Assembly (NCBI GenBank): GCA_012295275.1
Contig: CM022678.1
Coordinates: 19,716,001 to 19,780,000 of the forward strand
Origin: Chrysomallon squamiferum
Lineage: Eukaryota; Animalia; Mollusca
DNA: 64,000 nucleotides
Reading direction: 5' to 3'
The position numbers and the translations under genes are program-made. The number at the start of each line of letters is the position of its first letter. The first letter of the stretch is position 1. Of the stretch, positions 26,335-37,445 are shown in pieces. The notes beneath the pieces were generated by a model. It was not told the DNA's origin, did not search any database, and was given only the letters and a program-made list of their open reading frames with translations.

Positions 26335-27215
26335 TCGATACGTTAATCTGAATAAACAAGGACATTTCTGAAACTATTCTTTTTAAACAAATCATTATCA
26401 ACAAAATTTCAAAATATCTAAATACACTGATGACATTCCTGAAGTACAGACAATACTTACATCTAGCAGCAGCGTCCATTGAGGTGCCTTTAGTGACTGA
26501 GAGAGAAAGATTTCTCTTCAGAGTTGGAGTTTTGGGATATTTGAGAATAACTGATGCAGTACTCAAACCCTCGTAACAACCTGAAAGTTAAATTTCTCAA
26601 ACACTTCAAAATCAAGCAACAACGTGGAAGTTTATTTAAGTATGAATTTAAAATGAAAAAATGTACAGATATAATGAAGCAAAGATAGCTTATGAATGTA
26701 TGATTGAAATATTTTTGAATGGAGGATAATGTGTCATTAATTATATGACAATTTATATAAATCTGTATAAATATATCTATCAATCTACCTGTCTATCTAT
26801 CTATCTATTTATCTATCTTATGAAATTAAATACTATATCTGAAAAGTATTAATTACTTAATTTATTATTTATTAATTTGAAAGAATTTAGAACATCTAGC
26901 TTTGTAATATATCTTATATCATTAAAATTACTTACTGCAACCTTTCCTCTAAATATTTTTATAACATATATTAACATCAATACAAAGACCTTTGTTAATC
27001 ATGTTTCAAGACAAACATCCTGTTTATTATGCTATATTTGGAAACAACAAACAAATGTACAAGCTTGTGTCAAACTATCTTCTTGTGCAAATTGTATGGA
27101 CTTCCTTGTTTGCTTTAAAAATACAACTAACTGAAGTATAATACTTTAAATATTTCCTGTTCACAGAGAATATTAACTGAGAATATTAACTCTCTCTCTG
27201 TCTCTCTCTTTCACT

Positions 27216-27281
<66 letters not shown>

Positions 27282-28564
27282 GACATATTCTCAGACACAA
27301 TAAATATAATTTTTTGACAACTGTTCCAAGCCTACAGTATTCCAGTAACTGATCATAGTACATCAAGTTTCAAATGTTGTCTTACACAGCTTCTCTTGCA
27401 AACATATACAGAAACCACACTTAACAACACCTTTAGTTATTGACATATCTCTATCCACAAATAATCAAAGTAAATCAAGAATTAAGACTATCATATTGTA
27501 ATATAACAAAGCTTTTTCTTATACAAATATACACAACTCTAAGTTATAAATATCTTATTTACAAAGCTTCCAGCCACATAATCACTGACATTTCACAATT
27601 CATAAACTGTTTTCTTAAGTCTTACAAAACAATGATACATATTATCTTGTATCATAACAAAAATACATACATACTGAATACTACATTAATAAGAAATCTA
27701 CATTTCACGAAAAAGCACTGACATATCACACTTTATGAAGTGTTTTCTTAAGTCTTGTATAGTCTCTTGTATCATATCAAACAATACTCAACACTCAATA
27801 TTAATAATATCTATATTTCACAAACATCTCATTCATAAAAAAAAAAATCAGAGCTTCTCAAGTACTATCTTAATTCCTGTACATGGACAATGATATAATA
27901 TTCTATTCTATCATAACAAACTAACATACTCAACTCCATATTAATGTCTTATTTACAAGCTTCCCATTCACTGAAAACACATCACACTTTATGAAGTGCT
28001 CTCTTAACTATTATAATATCATATTATAGTATCTATAATTGACAAAACTCATATCCAGAGAAAATCAAAGACAGATCATTGTTTATAAGCCATTTTAACT
28101 GTAATAATGTATATTCTCTTGTATCATAACAGACAGACAAATGTACTCGACACAATATTAATAATACTGTTTATAATTTCACAAACCTCCCATCCACAGA
28201 AAGTCATTAACAGCACGCAGAACATCGAGAGCTGTTTGGTAATGCAAGATGGCTTCCCCAGGCATCCCAGCCTGCAGACACAAATCTGCCAAATGCTTTC
28301 TCAGTCGTCCCATGCACTTCTTTTTGACAGATCTACAACAAAATGTTTACACATACAACTTTGTCTGAATAAATAATTCTTTAAGTCTTCAAGTTTCACA
28401 TGATTTGTTTTTTAAATTTAAATTGAAACACACAGTTTTGAAATACAACTTTCCAGTAATTCTTAATGCTGACAATATCAAACTATGCATAAAACAAATG
28501 CTTTGGTGAATATATTTAAAACATTCTGATTAATGTCAAGAATGGGATTTATTTATATATATAT

Positions 28565-28621
<57 letters not shown>

Positions 28622-29876
28622 CTTGTGTTTTTATATATATATATATACATACATATAAACACAAGCTCCTCTCTCTCTCTTTCTTTATATTTATATATAA
28701 TCAATGCAATTTCCAATTTATTATGAACTAGAAAACACAAATCTTATCTCAACAATAATAAAAGAACAATTATATAATTTTGGCATACATGTACACAATA
28801 ACTAATAATAAATTAATTAGACCAAATAATTAATAAAAAATTAATTATACAATTTTGATTGTCAACAAAAACTAATAAAAAAAAATTAATTATAAAATGT
28901 TGATTTACTGTCAACAATAATTAATTAAAAAAATAATTAATAAATGAATTTTACAATTTTGATTATTATCAACAAAACGTTTGAAAAACAAACAAAAACT
29001 TAAATACACAAATCTTGTTTCAACTTACTTGGACTCGGGGTCTATGCCAACATAATCCTTCTTCTCAAACGGCGCACACAACAACTGCAAACGTTCGGTT
29101 CTCTCAAACGACCGATCGAGTCGCTTGCCCTCCAGGACGAAGAACAGAGATGTTATGAATTCCCTCAGTCGCTCCTCCAAGTCGTCAGACTTCTCTAAAC
29201 TCGGGTAAAACACAACCTCGGCGCCGGTACTTTCCTTCGTCAAACTGCCACTGTGACTGCGTTGTGAACTGATTTCTGACGTCACAGTCTCTGAAGAATC
29301 AGCCACCGTCAAAGAATGGCTTCCTAAATGAGAAGTTTCTTCTTTAGAATGTTTCAGTGGTCCATCCGTCTGTCTCACGTGTCTGTCTGTCCGTTTGTCT
29401 TTCACATTTGCTTCTATCAGCGAAGATTTGTGTTGCCCGTCTTTCACCTGACCGTTTTCCACTGTGACCTCGGGAGGCAGCTCACTGTCAGTGAATGGCG
29501 AGCCATCTTTGTTCATTCCAAACACAATCAGTCTCGAGTTGTAAATTGTACTGGAGTATTCATCCTTCACACTTTTATATGCTTCGAACAGACTCTCGAA
29601 CTCTTCGTGGGACGAGCATTTTCCGACGGAAATCAATCCGAGAACTTTTCGATGAGCCTGGAAGTCCCCCCACTCGTTGTTTTCTTTCGGGTAGCCACGT
29701 TTGTAGCGGACCCAGATGTTGCGTTTCTGGCCCTGGATGTGGATGCAGTCGATGTGTCGGATGCGGTCCCAGGCGCTGTTGAACGCCTGCGTGGTGAGGT
29801 TGCTGCCGGTGTGGCGAATGAGGATCAGCAGCGACTGGTGGTCGTCTGCCGTCTGACTGTAGTCAACCAGACTCAT
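3255..29876 (-). CDS. TRAPPC9: Trafficking protein particle complex subunit 9 (TRAPPC9/NIBP/Trs120), 23 coding exons, ~1200 aa
   Basis: Hand-spliced exons with GT-AG ends and consistent phases: 29029-29876, 28187-28332, 26461-26580, 25729-25838, 24856-24924, 18263-18334, 15977-16172, ~15008-15108 (garbled), 14126-14302, 13335-13471, 12699-12784, ~12172-12297 (3' part garbled), 10549-10759, 9833-9921, 9009-9146, 8357-8415, 7481-7623, 6739-6849, 6046-6196, 4978-5071, 4440-4538, 3855-4012, 3255-3410. Peptides match recalled TRAPPC9 motifs in order: [67 protein letters not shown]. Confidence 0.96.
3855..4012 (-). CDS. TRAPPC9: TRAPPC9 exon 22
   Basis: [53 protein letters not shown]. Confidence 0.82.
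4440..4538 (-). CDS. TRAPPC9: TRAPPC9 exon 21
   Basis: [33 protein letters not shown]. Confidence 0.85.
4978..5071 (-). CDS. TRAPPC9: TRAPPC9 exon 20
   Basis: [31 protein letters not shown]; donor gtaagt. Confidence 0.87.
5072..6045 (-). other. U12-type (minor spliceosome) GT-AG intron of TRAPPC9
   Basis: 5' end GTATCCTTT (6045-6037); branch-site-like TTTTCTTGAC with the A ~11 nt before the terminal AG; no polypyrimidine tract between branch site and AG. Confidence 0.85.
5860..6030. repeat. 29-bp tandem repeat beside the U12 donor
   Basis: GCAAGGACAGAAATAAGATACATGATTTC, about 5 copies. Confidence 0.85.
6046..6196 (-). CDS. TRAPPC9: TRAPPC9 exon 19
   Basis: [51 protein letters not shown]; followed by U12-type donor GTATCCTTT. 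Confidence 0.9.
6739..6849 (-). CDS. TRAPPC9: TRAPPC9 exon 18
   Basis: [37 protein letters not shown]. Confidence 0.9.
7481..7623 (-). CDS. TRAPPC9: TRAPPC9 exon 17
   Basis: [47 protein letters not shown]. Confidence 0.92.
8116..8310. repeat. 21-bp minisatellite GTGATTGAAGTGAGGTAGATG
   Basis: Direct inspection. Confidence 0.9.
8357..8415 (-). CDS. TRAPPC9: TRAPPC9 exon 16
   Basis: [20 protein letters not shown]; phases (1 in, 0 out) bridge exons 15 and 17. Confidence 0.8.
9009..9146 (-). CDS. TRAPPC9: TRAPPC9 exon 15
   Basis: [46 protein letters not shown]. Confidence 0.88.
9833..9921 (-). CDS. TRAPPC9: TRAPPC9 exon 14
   Basis: [30 protein letters not shown]. Confidence 0.87.
10549..10759 (-). 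CDS. TRAPPC9: TRAPPC9 exon 13
   Basis: [46 protein letters not shown]...LYAGQ. Confidence 0.92.
11550..12170. repeat. 58-bp minisatellite, ~11 copies
   Basis: AGTACTAAGTCATGTGATAGTAAAGTTACTAGTTACACTAAAAGACTGTTGGTAGTTT. Confidence 0.95.
12172..12297 (-). CDS. TRAPPC9: TRAPPC9 exon 12 (3' half garbled, donor position uncertain)
   Basis: ttttgcag|[19 protein letters not shown]..., then loses similarity and hits TGA beside a 58-bp minisatellite. Confidence 0.75.
12296..12420. repeat. 33-bp tandem repeat derived from the exon-12 acceptor
   Basis: CCCTGGAAAACATCAAAAACCTTTAAAGAGAAA, about 3.5 copies. Confidence 0.85.
12699..12784 (-). CDS. TRAPPC9: TRAPPC9 exon 11
   Basis: [29 protein letters not shown]. 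Confidence 0.92.
12905..13200. repeat. 35-bp minisatellite
   Basis: AAACACAGTATTCATCATTAATATGTTTATATTGT, about 8 copies. Confidence 0.93.
13335..13471 (-). CDS. TRAPPC9: TRAPPC9 exon 10
   Basis: [45 protein letters not shown]. Confidence 0.9.
14126..14302 (-). CDS. TRAPPC9: TRAPPC9 exon 9
   Basis: [60 protein letters not shown]. Confidence 0.92.
15008..15108 (-). CDS. TRAPPC9: TRAPPC9 exon 8 (corrupted/frameshifted in this sequence)
   Basis: Fragments [18 protein letters not shown] and VR|gt interleaved with repeat sequence; phase-2 donor fits exon 9. Confidence 0.7.
15977..16172 (-). CDS. TRAPPC9: TRAPPC9 exon 7
   Basis: [35 protein letters not shown]...[13 protein letters not shown]. 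Confidence 0.93.
16155..17610. repeat. 49/41-bp minisatellite (~30 copies) built from the TRAPPC9 exon-7 acceptor plus first 18 exon nt
   Basis: Minus-strand unit GTAACTAAACACAGTTTATTCTTTGTTACAG|ATACACAGATACAGCACT. Confidence 0.95.
18263..18334 (-). CDS. TRAPPC9: TRAPPC9 exon 6
   Basis: [24 protein letters not shown]; tttttcag / gtatgt. Confidence 0.9.
19540..19960. repeat. Degenerate 33-bp-based tandem repeat overlapping the TALE gene stop codon and 3'UTR
   Basis: ACTGAAACAGTGACATTCTCAAATTATCACATC units, decaying with distance from the stop. Confidence 0.8.
19934..21611 (-). CDS. TALE homeobox gene exon B (two homeodomains; +1 frame break at ~21230-21289)
   Basis: ORFs 20973-21686 and 19934-21253 overlap in different frames; two TALE homeodomains in the latter. 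Confidence 0.88.
19934..23387 (-). CDS. Nested double-homeodomain TALE-class (SPILE/spiralian-TALE-like) transcription factor, 2 exons, ~685 aa if one frameshift is corrected
   Basis: Exon A 23007-23387 (MSDRPIFSP...[19 protein letters not shown]|gttagt); exon B from 21611 (ttccag|VPAS...). HD1 ~20331-20510: [17 protein letters not shown]...[14 protein letters not shown]2 ~20072-20254: [23 protein letters not shown]...[12 protein letters not shown]. The PYP loop extension is the TALE signature. Confidence 0.88.
23007..23387 (-). CDS. TALE homeobox gene exon A
   Basis: GC-richer ORF with SP-rich segment and [15 protein letters not shown] motif; CAG|gttagt donor, phase 0. Confidence 0.75.
24362..24411. 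promoter_or_regulatory. Five tandem TAATCC (K50 homeodomain-type) sites, 11-bp period, ~1 kb upstream of the nested TALE ATG
   Basis: TAATCC at 24362, 24373, 24384, 24395, 24406. Confidence 0.4.
24856..24924 (-). CDS. TRAPPC9: TRAPPC9 exon 5 (ends phase 0)
   Basis: [23 protein letters not shown]; donor gtaagt. Confidence 0.9.
25729..25838 (-). CDS. TRAPPC9: TRAPPC9 exon 4
   Basis: [37 protein letters not shown]. Confidence 0.9.
26461..26580 (-). CDS. TRAPPC9: TRAPPC9 exon 3
   Basis: [40 protein letters not shown]; tttcag / gtaagt. Confidence 0.9.
28187..28332 (-). CDS. TRAPPC9: TRAPPC9 exon 2
   Basis: [49 protein letters not shown]; AG/GT bounded. Confidence 0.93.
29029..29876 (-). CDS. 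TRAPPC9: TRAPPC9 coding exon 1
   Basis: [22 protein letters not shown]...[19 protein letters not shown]...[13 protein letters not shown]...[15 protein letters not shown]; donor gtaagt at 29028; acceptor ttttcag just upstream at 29929. Confidence 0.95.
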
Positions 29877-29972
29877 TCTGGTGAGAATTTTTTAACCGGA
29901 TGTCATCTTTAAATCTTTTAAATAATCACTGAAAAAAAAAAATAATAATAATAATAAATTAATAAATAAATA

Positions 29973-30010
<38 letters not shown>

Positions 30011-30060
30011 AATAATAATAATAAGAAGAAGATGAAGAAGAAGAAGAAATAATAATAATA

Positions 30061-30102
<42 letters not shown>

Positions 30103-30956
30103 GTTAAAATAAACTTATGTCAGATAAAATAATTAGTGAATAATTATTCATTATTGTCAGTGTTCGTGTTTGTATATGTTTATACTAATTTATTTTTGGG
30201 TATGTGTATAAAGAATATTTTATTTTCAAAACAAAAAGTCTTGGCAGATTTATCATGTGCTTTGTTTAATTATCATGTGTAATTTTCCAAAGTGAAATTT
30301 TGCAGAATATGATTTAACAATTTCTATCCATTCTGGGCATTTTACGTTTTCCTGTGCAGACAGATTTAATGCAAATACCTATGCAACTACTACAGACTAT
30401 AGTAATAGTTTATAACGTCCCTAACTTTATATATAGTTAACCTTTAAATAACTGCTAGTCGTATTTTGTTTCTTATAATACGTTTCTTAATAATTTATTT
30501 GTTCAGGTTTCCGAAATTAAAAAATGGAACAAATATGCCGAACTATTCGAATATTCGCAACAGATACTTTACTGAATTACTGAGAATCTGTGAGATTAAT
30601 TTTTGGCAGTTTTAAACATATCCAAGATGTAATAATACTAATATTATTAGTTATGTGATTATTTGCTTAAACAACAACAACAAAAATTGCTATGAGTTAA
30701 CTATATCTGCAGTCTGATCTCTTTACGATATTATTTTACATTTTATTTATTTATTTTTTGTTTCCTGGCGTCGAATGTTCCACTTGTTGGACTGAAATAA
30801 AGTGGACATGGGACGTCAATAAAAACATTTATTCCGGTGGCATAGTGTGCGCACAGCATGAAGTTAAAATTTAACCAGAATTATACAATTGCTGTGCACT
30901 GGCAACACAGCTACTTAGAAAACACTAAGACTAAATCCTTTCTTTAACATAAATAC

Positions 30957-31000
30957 CTTGGCAATTTCCAATCACTTTCATTTTTGCGGCCATATTGGAA
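30957..31000 (-). other. Probable non-coding first exon / TSS region of TRAPPC9
   Basis: CAAG|gtattt donor at 30956; YY1-like AATATGGCCGC; matching acceptor at 29929 upstream of the ATG. Confidence 0.45.
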
Positions 31001-31689
31001 ATTTATCTCATGTTGTCACACGAGATCGTGGGTGTCTGGCGAGACCTATTTCGTTTATTTTCGTATCCTCTTACTGCAGAATCATAAATTTCGTATGTTT
31101 CCGTAAATTATTTATAAGCGGGAACTAAGACGATTCAAATTGTTAAATATGCGTAAATAAATAAAAACATTCTTAAATCTACGAATATTATTTTACCATC
31201 AATTTAAATGTATCGTTTATACCTGTAAAAGGATTTTCTTTTTTTTTTCTTTTTTTTAATGCTTATGTACTTTTATTAAACTTTTTATCCTTTTTCTTCT
31301 TTTATTTATTTATTTATGTATATTTATTTATATTTATATTTTATTTTAAAATATTGTTTATTAAATTTATTTTATCATTTATAATATATACGATGTTTAT
31401 TATATTTTACAGAGTTTAAACATCTTATTTTAAAAGCCTCGGTACAAAATTTTGTAAACTTTATGTATGTTAATTGTTTGAAAAAAGAAATAATTTATTA
31501 CTGACATTGTTCTCATCTGCTATTTATTTTTTTAATCATGATCATCATCGTCGTCTTCTTTAGTTTCGTATTATTATTATTATTATTATTGTTGTTGTTG
31601 TTGTTGTTATTGTTGTTGTTATTATTATTATTATTATTATAAATATGGATTTTAAATAAATTTAAAATAAATATCCATTTTACTTTTAA

Positions 31690-31790
31690 GCACGCGCCAG
31701 AAATAAGGCAAAAGTAAAATGGAGTTCCTGACGTCATAGATGAGTGACGTCATTGCAGATGTGAAAATAATTAACAATAGGCGCCAGAAT
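31690..31790. promoter_or_regulatory. Putative divergent-promoter elements: two CRE palindromes flanked by two GCGCCAGAA (E2F-like) motifs
   Basis: TGACGTCA at 31729-31736 and 31745-31752; GCGCCAGAA at ~31694 and ~31781; lies between head-to-head TRAPPC9 and the + strand orphan gene. Confidence 0.45.
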
Positions 31791-32352
31791 TTAGTGGTTG
31801 TGGTTTCAAACACAATCCGTATTAAAGTGAGTGTTAAAATTATTACCATTATTATTAGTGTTGTTGTTGTTGTTGTTGATTGTTGTTGTTGTTGTTATTC
31901 ACGAGAGGTTCATCAAAGGTCTTGGTGTGAGCAGAATTGTCTGAGAAAACCTGGATCGATGATTCTTTGCTGTTAATCTGTCGGCTAATGGTAGAATGTT
32001 TCTTCTTTCGTCAAATCATTATACACAGCAAAACGCCACAGACAAACCATAAGTAAAAAGTTAATAATATAACTAGCTGATGTACACCTACACAATTATA
32101 CACCTACACAATTATACACCTACAGAATTAAACACCTACACAATTATATATTCAACTGATTCTAACTAATCTAACAGCAATTACTACTATTACTAGTACT
32201 ATCACCACCACTGCCACTACTACTCCTACTCCTACTACTACGTCTACTGCTGCTACTACTGCTATAGCAATACCAGTAAAATGAATAACTATTACTATAA
32301 TTTAAAAAGTAATGTTAACATAAGTAATACACTACTTTAGCTATTACTCTTT

Positions 32353-32392
<40 letters not shown>

Positions 32393-32716
32393 AATTACTA
32401 CTACTAGTGCAGCCTATTTGACTATTAGTAATACTAATACGATTAAACATAAAAAGCAAATCCATTCCATTTTTTTTTTGTTATATTTATTTTATTTTAT
32501 TTCATTTATTTATTTACTTTTAAAAATTTCTTATTACTTTTTTTTTTTTTTTTTTTTTTTTATTTGTTTGTTTTTTTGTGGTTTGTTTATTTGTTTATTT
32601 ATGTATTTATTTATTTACTTTCAAAAATTTATTATTTCTTTTTTTTTTCTTTGCATTTATTTGTTTATTTCGTGGTTTGTTTGTTTGTTTATTTATGTAT
32701 GTATTTTGTGGTTTGT

Positions 32717-32747
<31 letters not shown>

Positions 32748-32907
32748 CTTTCAAAACTTTATTATTTCTTTTTTTTTTTCTTTGCATTTCTTTGTTTATT
32801 TTGTGGTTTGTTTGTTTGTTTTATTTATTTATTTATTTATTTGTTTGTTTATTTATGTATTTATTTATTTGTTTGTTTGATTTGTTCAGAAATGATTTAA
32901 GAGCCTT

Positions 32908-35400
32908 ATGGCGCGCACTGCTGACGGCACCAAACATCCAGGTCAAATCGGAACTGCGTCATCATCGACTTCATCGTCAGCGTCTGAAAACCTGTACGAT
33001 ACTGCTCAGAGTACGTCGAGCAATGTCTTCCACAAATATCCTTACTTCAAAACCGGCAAGCAAGGCATTGCGAGCCACTTTTACAACAACGTCAACTACG
33101 ACAACGAGGAGGACGATGTGGCAGAGGACGAAGATGACTCGAAAGAGGAAGAAATCGACCACGAACAGATGGATCCGAATTTCCCGGTCGAACTACTAGA
33201 TCAGTCGGATGAATTTGACGACGATATCGATTTCGGTAACGATGATATTGATGACGATGATGATGATGATGTTGATGTTGATGCTGATGTCGAAATCGAA
33301 TATGATGAAGACGCCGAAAATTACATCTATGATGATGATGATGATGATTATGGTGATGATGATGATGATGATGTCAACGATTTTGATGCTGCCGCGGGAA
33401 AAAAGAGTTACGCGCAAAACGTTGCCTACGTCGTTGACAATCTGGAATTCAACGACCGCGGTGAACACGAACTTCTGAACGCCGGCGAGAAGGAATCGTA
33501 TTTTCAACTAAAACCACGGGGCAAGGTCAACATGGCGGCGCGTCGTGTCAACACGGACGAGCCCCATCAGCAAGGAAGTGTCCACGCGCCCGACACGTAC
33601 TCTCAGAACAACCGACACGCTTCAGTGAACTCGAGAGGAGAAGGTGCGGCGAGATATCCCAAAGTGGATTACAGCGTCGCTGGCGGTTACTCCAAAAACA
33701 ACGCCTCCAACGGACTCAGCTGGCGGGAAGGGGCGGGCAGATACCCACAGAGTGACGATGTAGGCGTGGCCTACGGATACCACCCCCAAAATGATGGATA
33801 CGGCCATCGGGCTGGGGCCGTGAAGTATCAACAAGGAGACGGCGGTTACCTTGGAAACGAAACGGTCGACGGGTTCAGCGTGAAGAGAGGGGCGAGACGG
33901 TACGAAGACGAAGAGGAGGAGGAGGCTGGCGTAGACAGCAAAAGCAGCGATTCGTCCTTGAACAAGGACGATCTGGTTCCTATCGTCTGCTCGAGTTCCG
34001 GTTATTTCTGGGAGCGGAAGAAGTACGAGTCCGGGAAGACGCTGGGTGTGCGACTGCAGCGCTACATCAACTACATCTGCAACCTCGAGGACGAGGCCAG
34101 CGGGCGCTTGGATAACGACCTCAGCGACGCCGCGGTAGAAGCTGCCAGAAGACTGAAAGAAGCCATGGAAGACGGCACGGTTCACGACGAGGCTTTCGAA
34201 GAGGAGGACGACGACGCTGCACACGAAAACAACGTCGACGACGTCGATATGTCCGAGTCTAACGACGTCAACAATCAGAACTGGTTCCACCGAAGACGAC
34301 GCAGGCCGGAGTCGTCGGATTACGGTCACGACGACGGCGGAAGGTCGAACGCACGGAACAACACGCGCAGACAGACCACGTCGTCGCCCACCATGAACAC
34401 GTTGTATTTTCCAAACCGGTCAGCAGCGTCACGGACTGCGACGGCGTCGCTGCCAACAAACTCGCAGCCGCTGCCGCAGACGAACAACTTCGCGTCGACG
34501 TTGAAGTTCTGGCGAGGAGTGGAAAGGATCATGGTTCCTCACTTCGTGCGGGAAGCCGCAAGTCTTCTAAGCGAGTCCGAAACCAGCACGGATAACTCAG
34601 ACTCGGGTAAATCATTTGTGTGTTCATTCTCAGGCTTTACAACACGACTAAACAGACAAACGCACACGCACGCATATTTAGTTAAACCACCGCATTGGAG
34701 AGACGAAAATATTTTATTTTATTTTTTATTTATTTATTTTGTTTTTACATTAATCCAAAACGAGCAGGAAATTCAGCCTCGTATTCTTAATATACCGTAT
34801 TTGTAAATTATTATTATTATTATGTTTACATACATTCACAGACAATATAAAGACACACAGACATACATGTATGGAGAACTCATATGTAGTATATATTTAT
34901 TATTATTATTATTATTATCATTGTTGTTGTTGTTATTGTTATTACACCAAATTACTTTTTTTCCTTCTATAAATTGCAAGCTCATATAAAATAAATAAAT
35001 AAATAAATTTGTTCTAATATACGTATATTATGTACTTTCAGAGGACCACTTTTGTTTCGGGGATACCGGAAATACGTCACAGTCTTACAGACATAATTAT
35101 CACTGGAGAGAGTCGGAGCTGACGCTTCCTCCAATAGAAAACATCGGCTTCGGCGATGGCGAGACTCTGATTGTCCAGTCACGAGCCGCGTCTCATAGGG
35201 TGCCCAAAATCAGGCGGTGTCTGCTCTGTTTTTGGTGGTGTCTCACCATTCTTTTTCTCTCGTTCTTAGTCGTTTTGTTATTTTCTGAAAACGTCTACCC
35301 GGGAATTTTCTCAAAACACATTTCGTGTGAGTGTCACAATATTTTGTCCTTATTCTCCAGCGTAACGAACGAAGAACACTACAGCGAGGGAAATTTGTAA
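32908..35400 (+). CDS. Uncharacterised acidic, low-complexity ~685-aa protein with C-terminal transmembrane anchor (2 coding exons)
   Basis: Exon 32908-34606 (TCG G|gtaaat) joins 35042-35400 (tttcag|AG) in frame; C-terminus RRCLLCFWWCLTILFLSFLVVLLFS plus ~37 aa; GC-rich coding composition; acceptor ttgttcag at 32889 upstream of the ATG. Confidence 0.8.
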
Positions 35401-36090
35401 ACATTCATAAATACTTGGTTTCTGTAGCAACAGAAATGTAAATAGAGTGCGTAGAGAATTTTTTATTTTTTCGCTAAAAATAGCGGATTTGAAATCCCGT
35501 AATTTCTACTGTTTAAAAATAGCAAACACCGATCTTTCTAGAATATTGTATTTGCTTAATTTACAATATTTTGCTTCACACTTTAAAATAACTATTAATA
35601 AAATTAGGCAAACACTGAGTTTACTAAATTTATAAAATTACGAAGGAGGTAGTTAATACTGTATTCACTAAATTTGTTTTAAAAAAAAAAAATTTAAATA
35701 CTGATGTTTAATGGAATATCTGAAAATATAATAAAAGAAATAACTTTCAGTGTTTTCTGAATTTTAAAGTTAAAAATAATGGTTTTACTGGAATATTTTT
35801 ATTTTTATAAAAAAAAAAAAAAAAAAAAAAAAATGATCGCCTTTTTAAAACCCATTACAGCTTGTTATAAGCACGTGGTTTGTTGATTTTATTAATTGTG
35901 AATAAATAATATTGTATATATATATTTTTCTATTTTGTTGTTCATTAACATCAGATAGTAGATCTTGAAAAGGGATTTGGGATATGTTAAGAAAACTTAC
36001 ACACACACACACGTGTGTTCACTATATATTTGCTAATGTTTCATTTAAATAGCGCAGTAAGAAAACAAAATTCACGCCAGTAAAATTTGG

Positions 36091-36123
<33 letters not shown>

Positions 36124-36721
36124 GCAAGAAAATTAAATACGTGATAAATTAATCGCGACCGGAAACACGTTTAATTTTTTTAACCAAGGGAGGGAACTCT
36201 AACTTAGCGTTAACGGCGATTACTTGTGCAAAATTATATTTTTGAGCACATCGCTTTTCGGTAAGTTTTCTTTTTTAAAGCATTGTATTACAAGTAACTA
36301 AGATAACTAACCTTTAAGTAGTTTTCTAAGTTCTTTTAGAATTTTTATTTATAGGTTAAGTCCAAGTGTAATTCTAATTAGTTAAATCTGGTAATAAATA
36401 ATAAACATGAAGAAAACAAACAACAATAATAAAGGAAAAAAAAACAAATAGCATAATGATGATGATGACCATAACTGTTCTTCACTCATAAATCACTTTC
36501 AGGTTTATGTCTACCTATTTATTATTTTATTTTATTTTGTTTTGTTTTGCAGCTATGATTATGTTCCGGCTAAGAAAAATATGTTAAGATAGCGAAAAAT
36601 ATAACAAAAACGTATTTAATGTACCTTTTTGTTTGTTTTTAATTTTTTAATTTTTTTAATTTTTTTTTATTTATTTTTTTTTTTTTTTTTTGTAATTTAA
36701 TTAATTAATTATTTATTTATT

Positions 36722-36778
<57 letters not shown>

Positions 36779-37445
36779 TAAAATGACTTAAGGAAAACCA
36801 GTGACGAAAAAAACATCAAATAACTTTACTCAGATTCTGACTAACTTTACTACGGTCAGAACTTTCGTAACCAAGAACTAAATATCCAAAGAAAAGAAAT
36901 TAATTTATCTTTGATTTCAGCGAAGCCTGGCATCGTAAAACATGCTCTGAAAATTGAAGAAAAATATCGCAGAGTTGTCTCGCTTTGATCGTGTCAGTTC
37001 GAGTAAGTAAGAATTTAACGTCCAGTATAACCTGACACTTCTCTTAACGTCTAATGCGTCTAGCACCTGTATTAATGTCGAATGTCTAACGTGTCTGGTG
37101 TCTCTGTGTCCAATGTATCGTCTAAAGCCTCAGTTAAGTCTAATGTGTCTAACGTACGATGTACCTAGCGCTTCTGTTATTGTCTAATGTGTCTAACGTA
37201 CGATGTACCTGGCGTTTCTGTTATTGTCTAATGTGTATAACATCCAATATATTTAGCGTATCCATTACTGTCTAATGTGTCTGTACCTAACCTAGCTGAC
37301 GTCTGTGTTAATATCTAATGTAAATGACGCACTGTTGATGTGTCAAACGTGACTGACGTCTCTGTTAATGTCGGGGTGTGTGTGTATTAACGTACTCTTT
37401 GTGTGACTCTGAAAACTATGCTGACGTGTATGACGTGTTTTCAGA

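Noticed and set aside
3255-29876. TRAPPC9 as a pseudogene
   Set aside because: 21 of 23 exons are intact with consistent phases; both lesions abut tandem repeats and look like consensus errors.
35200-35400. KASH domain at the orphan protein C-terminus
   Set aside because: TM plus short Cys-containing tail is similar in layout, but it ends in EGNL rather than PPPX and is longer than typical KASH tails.
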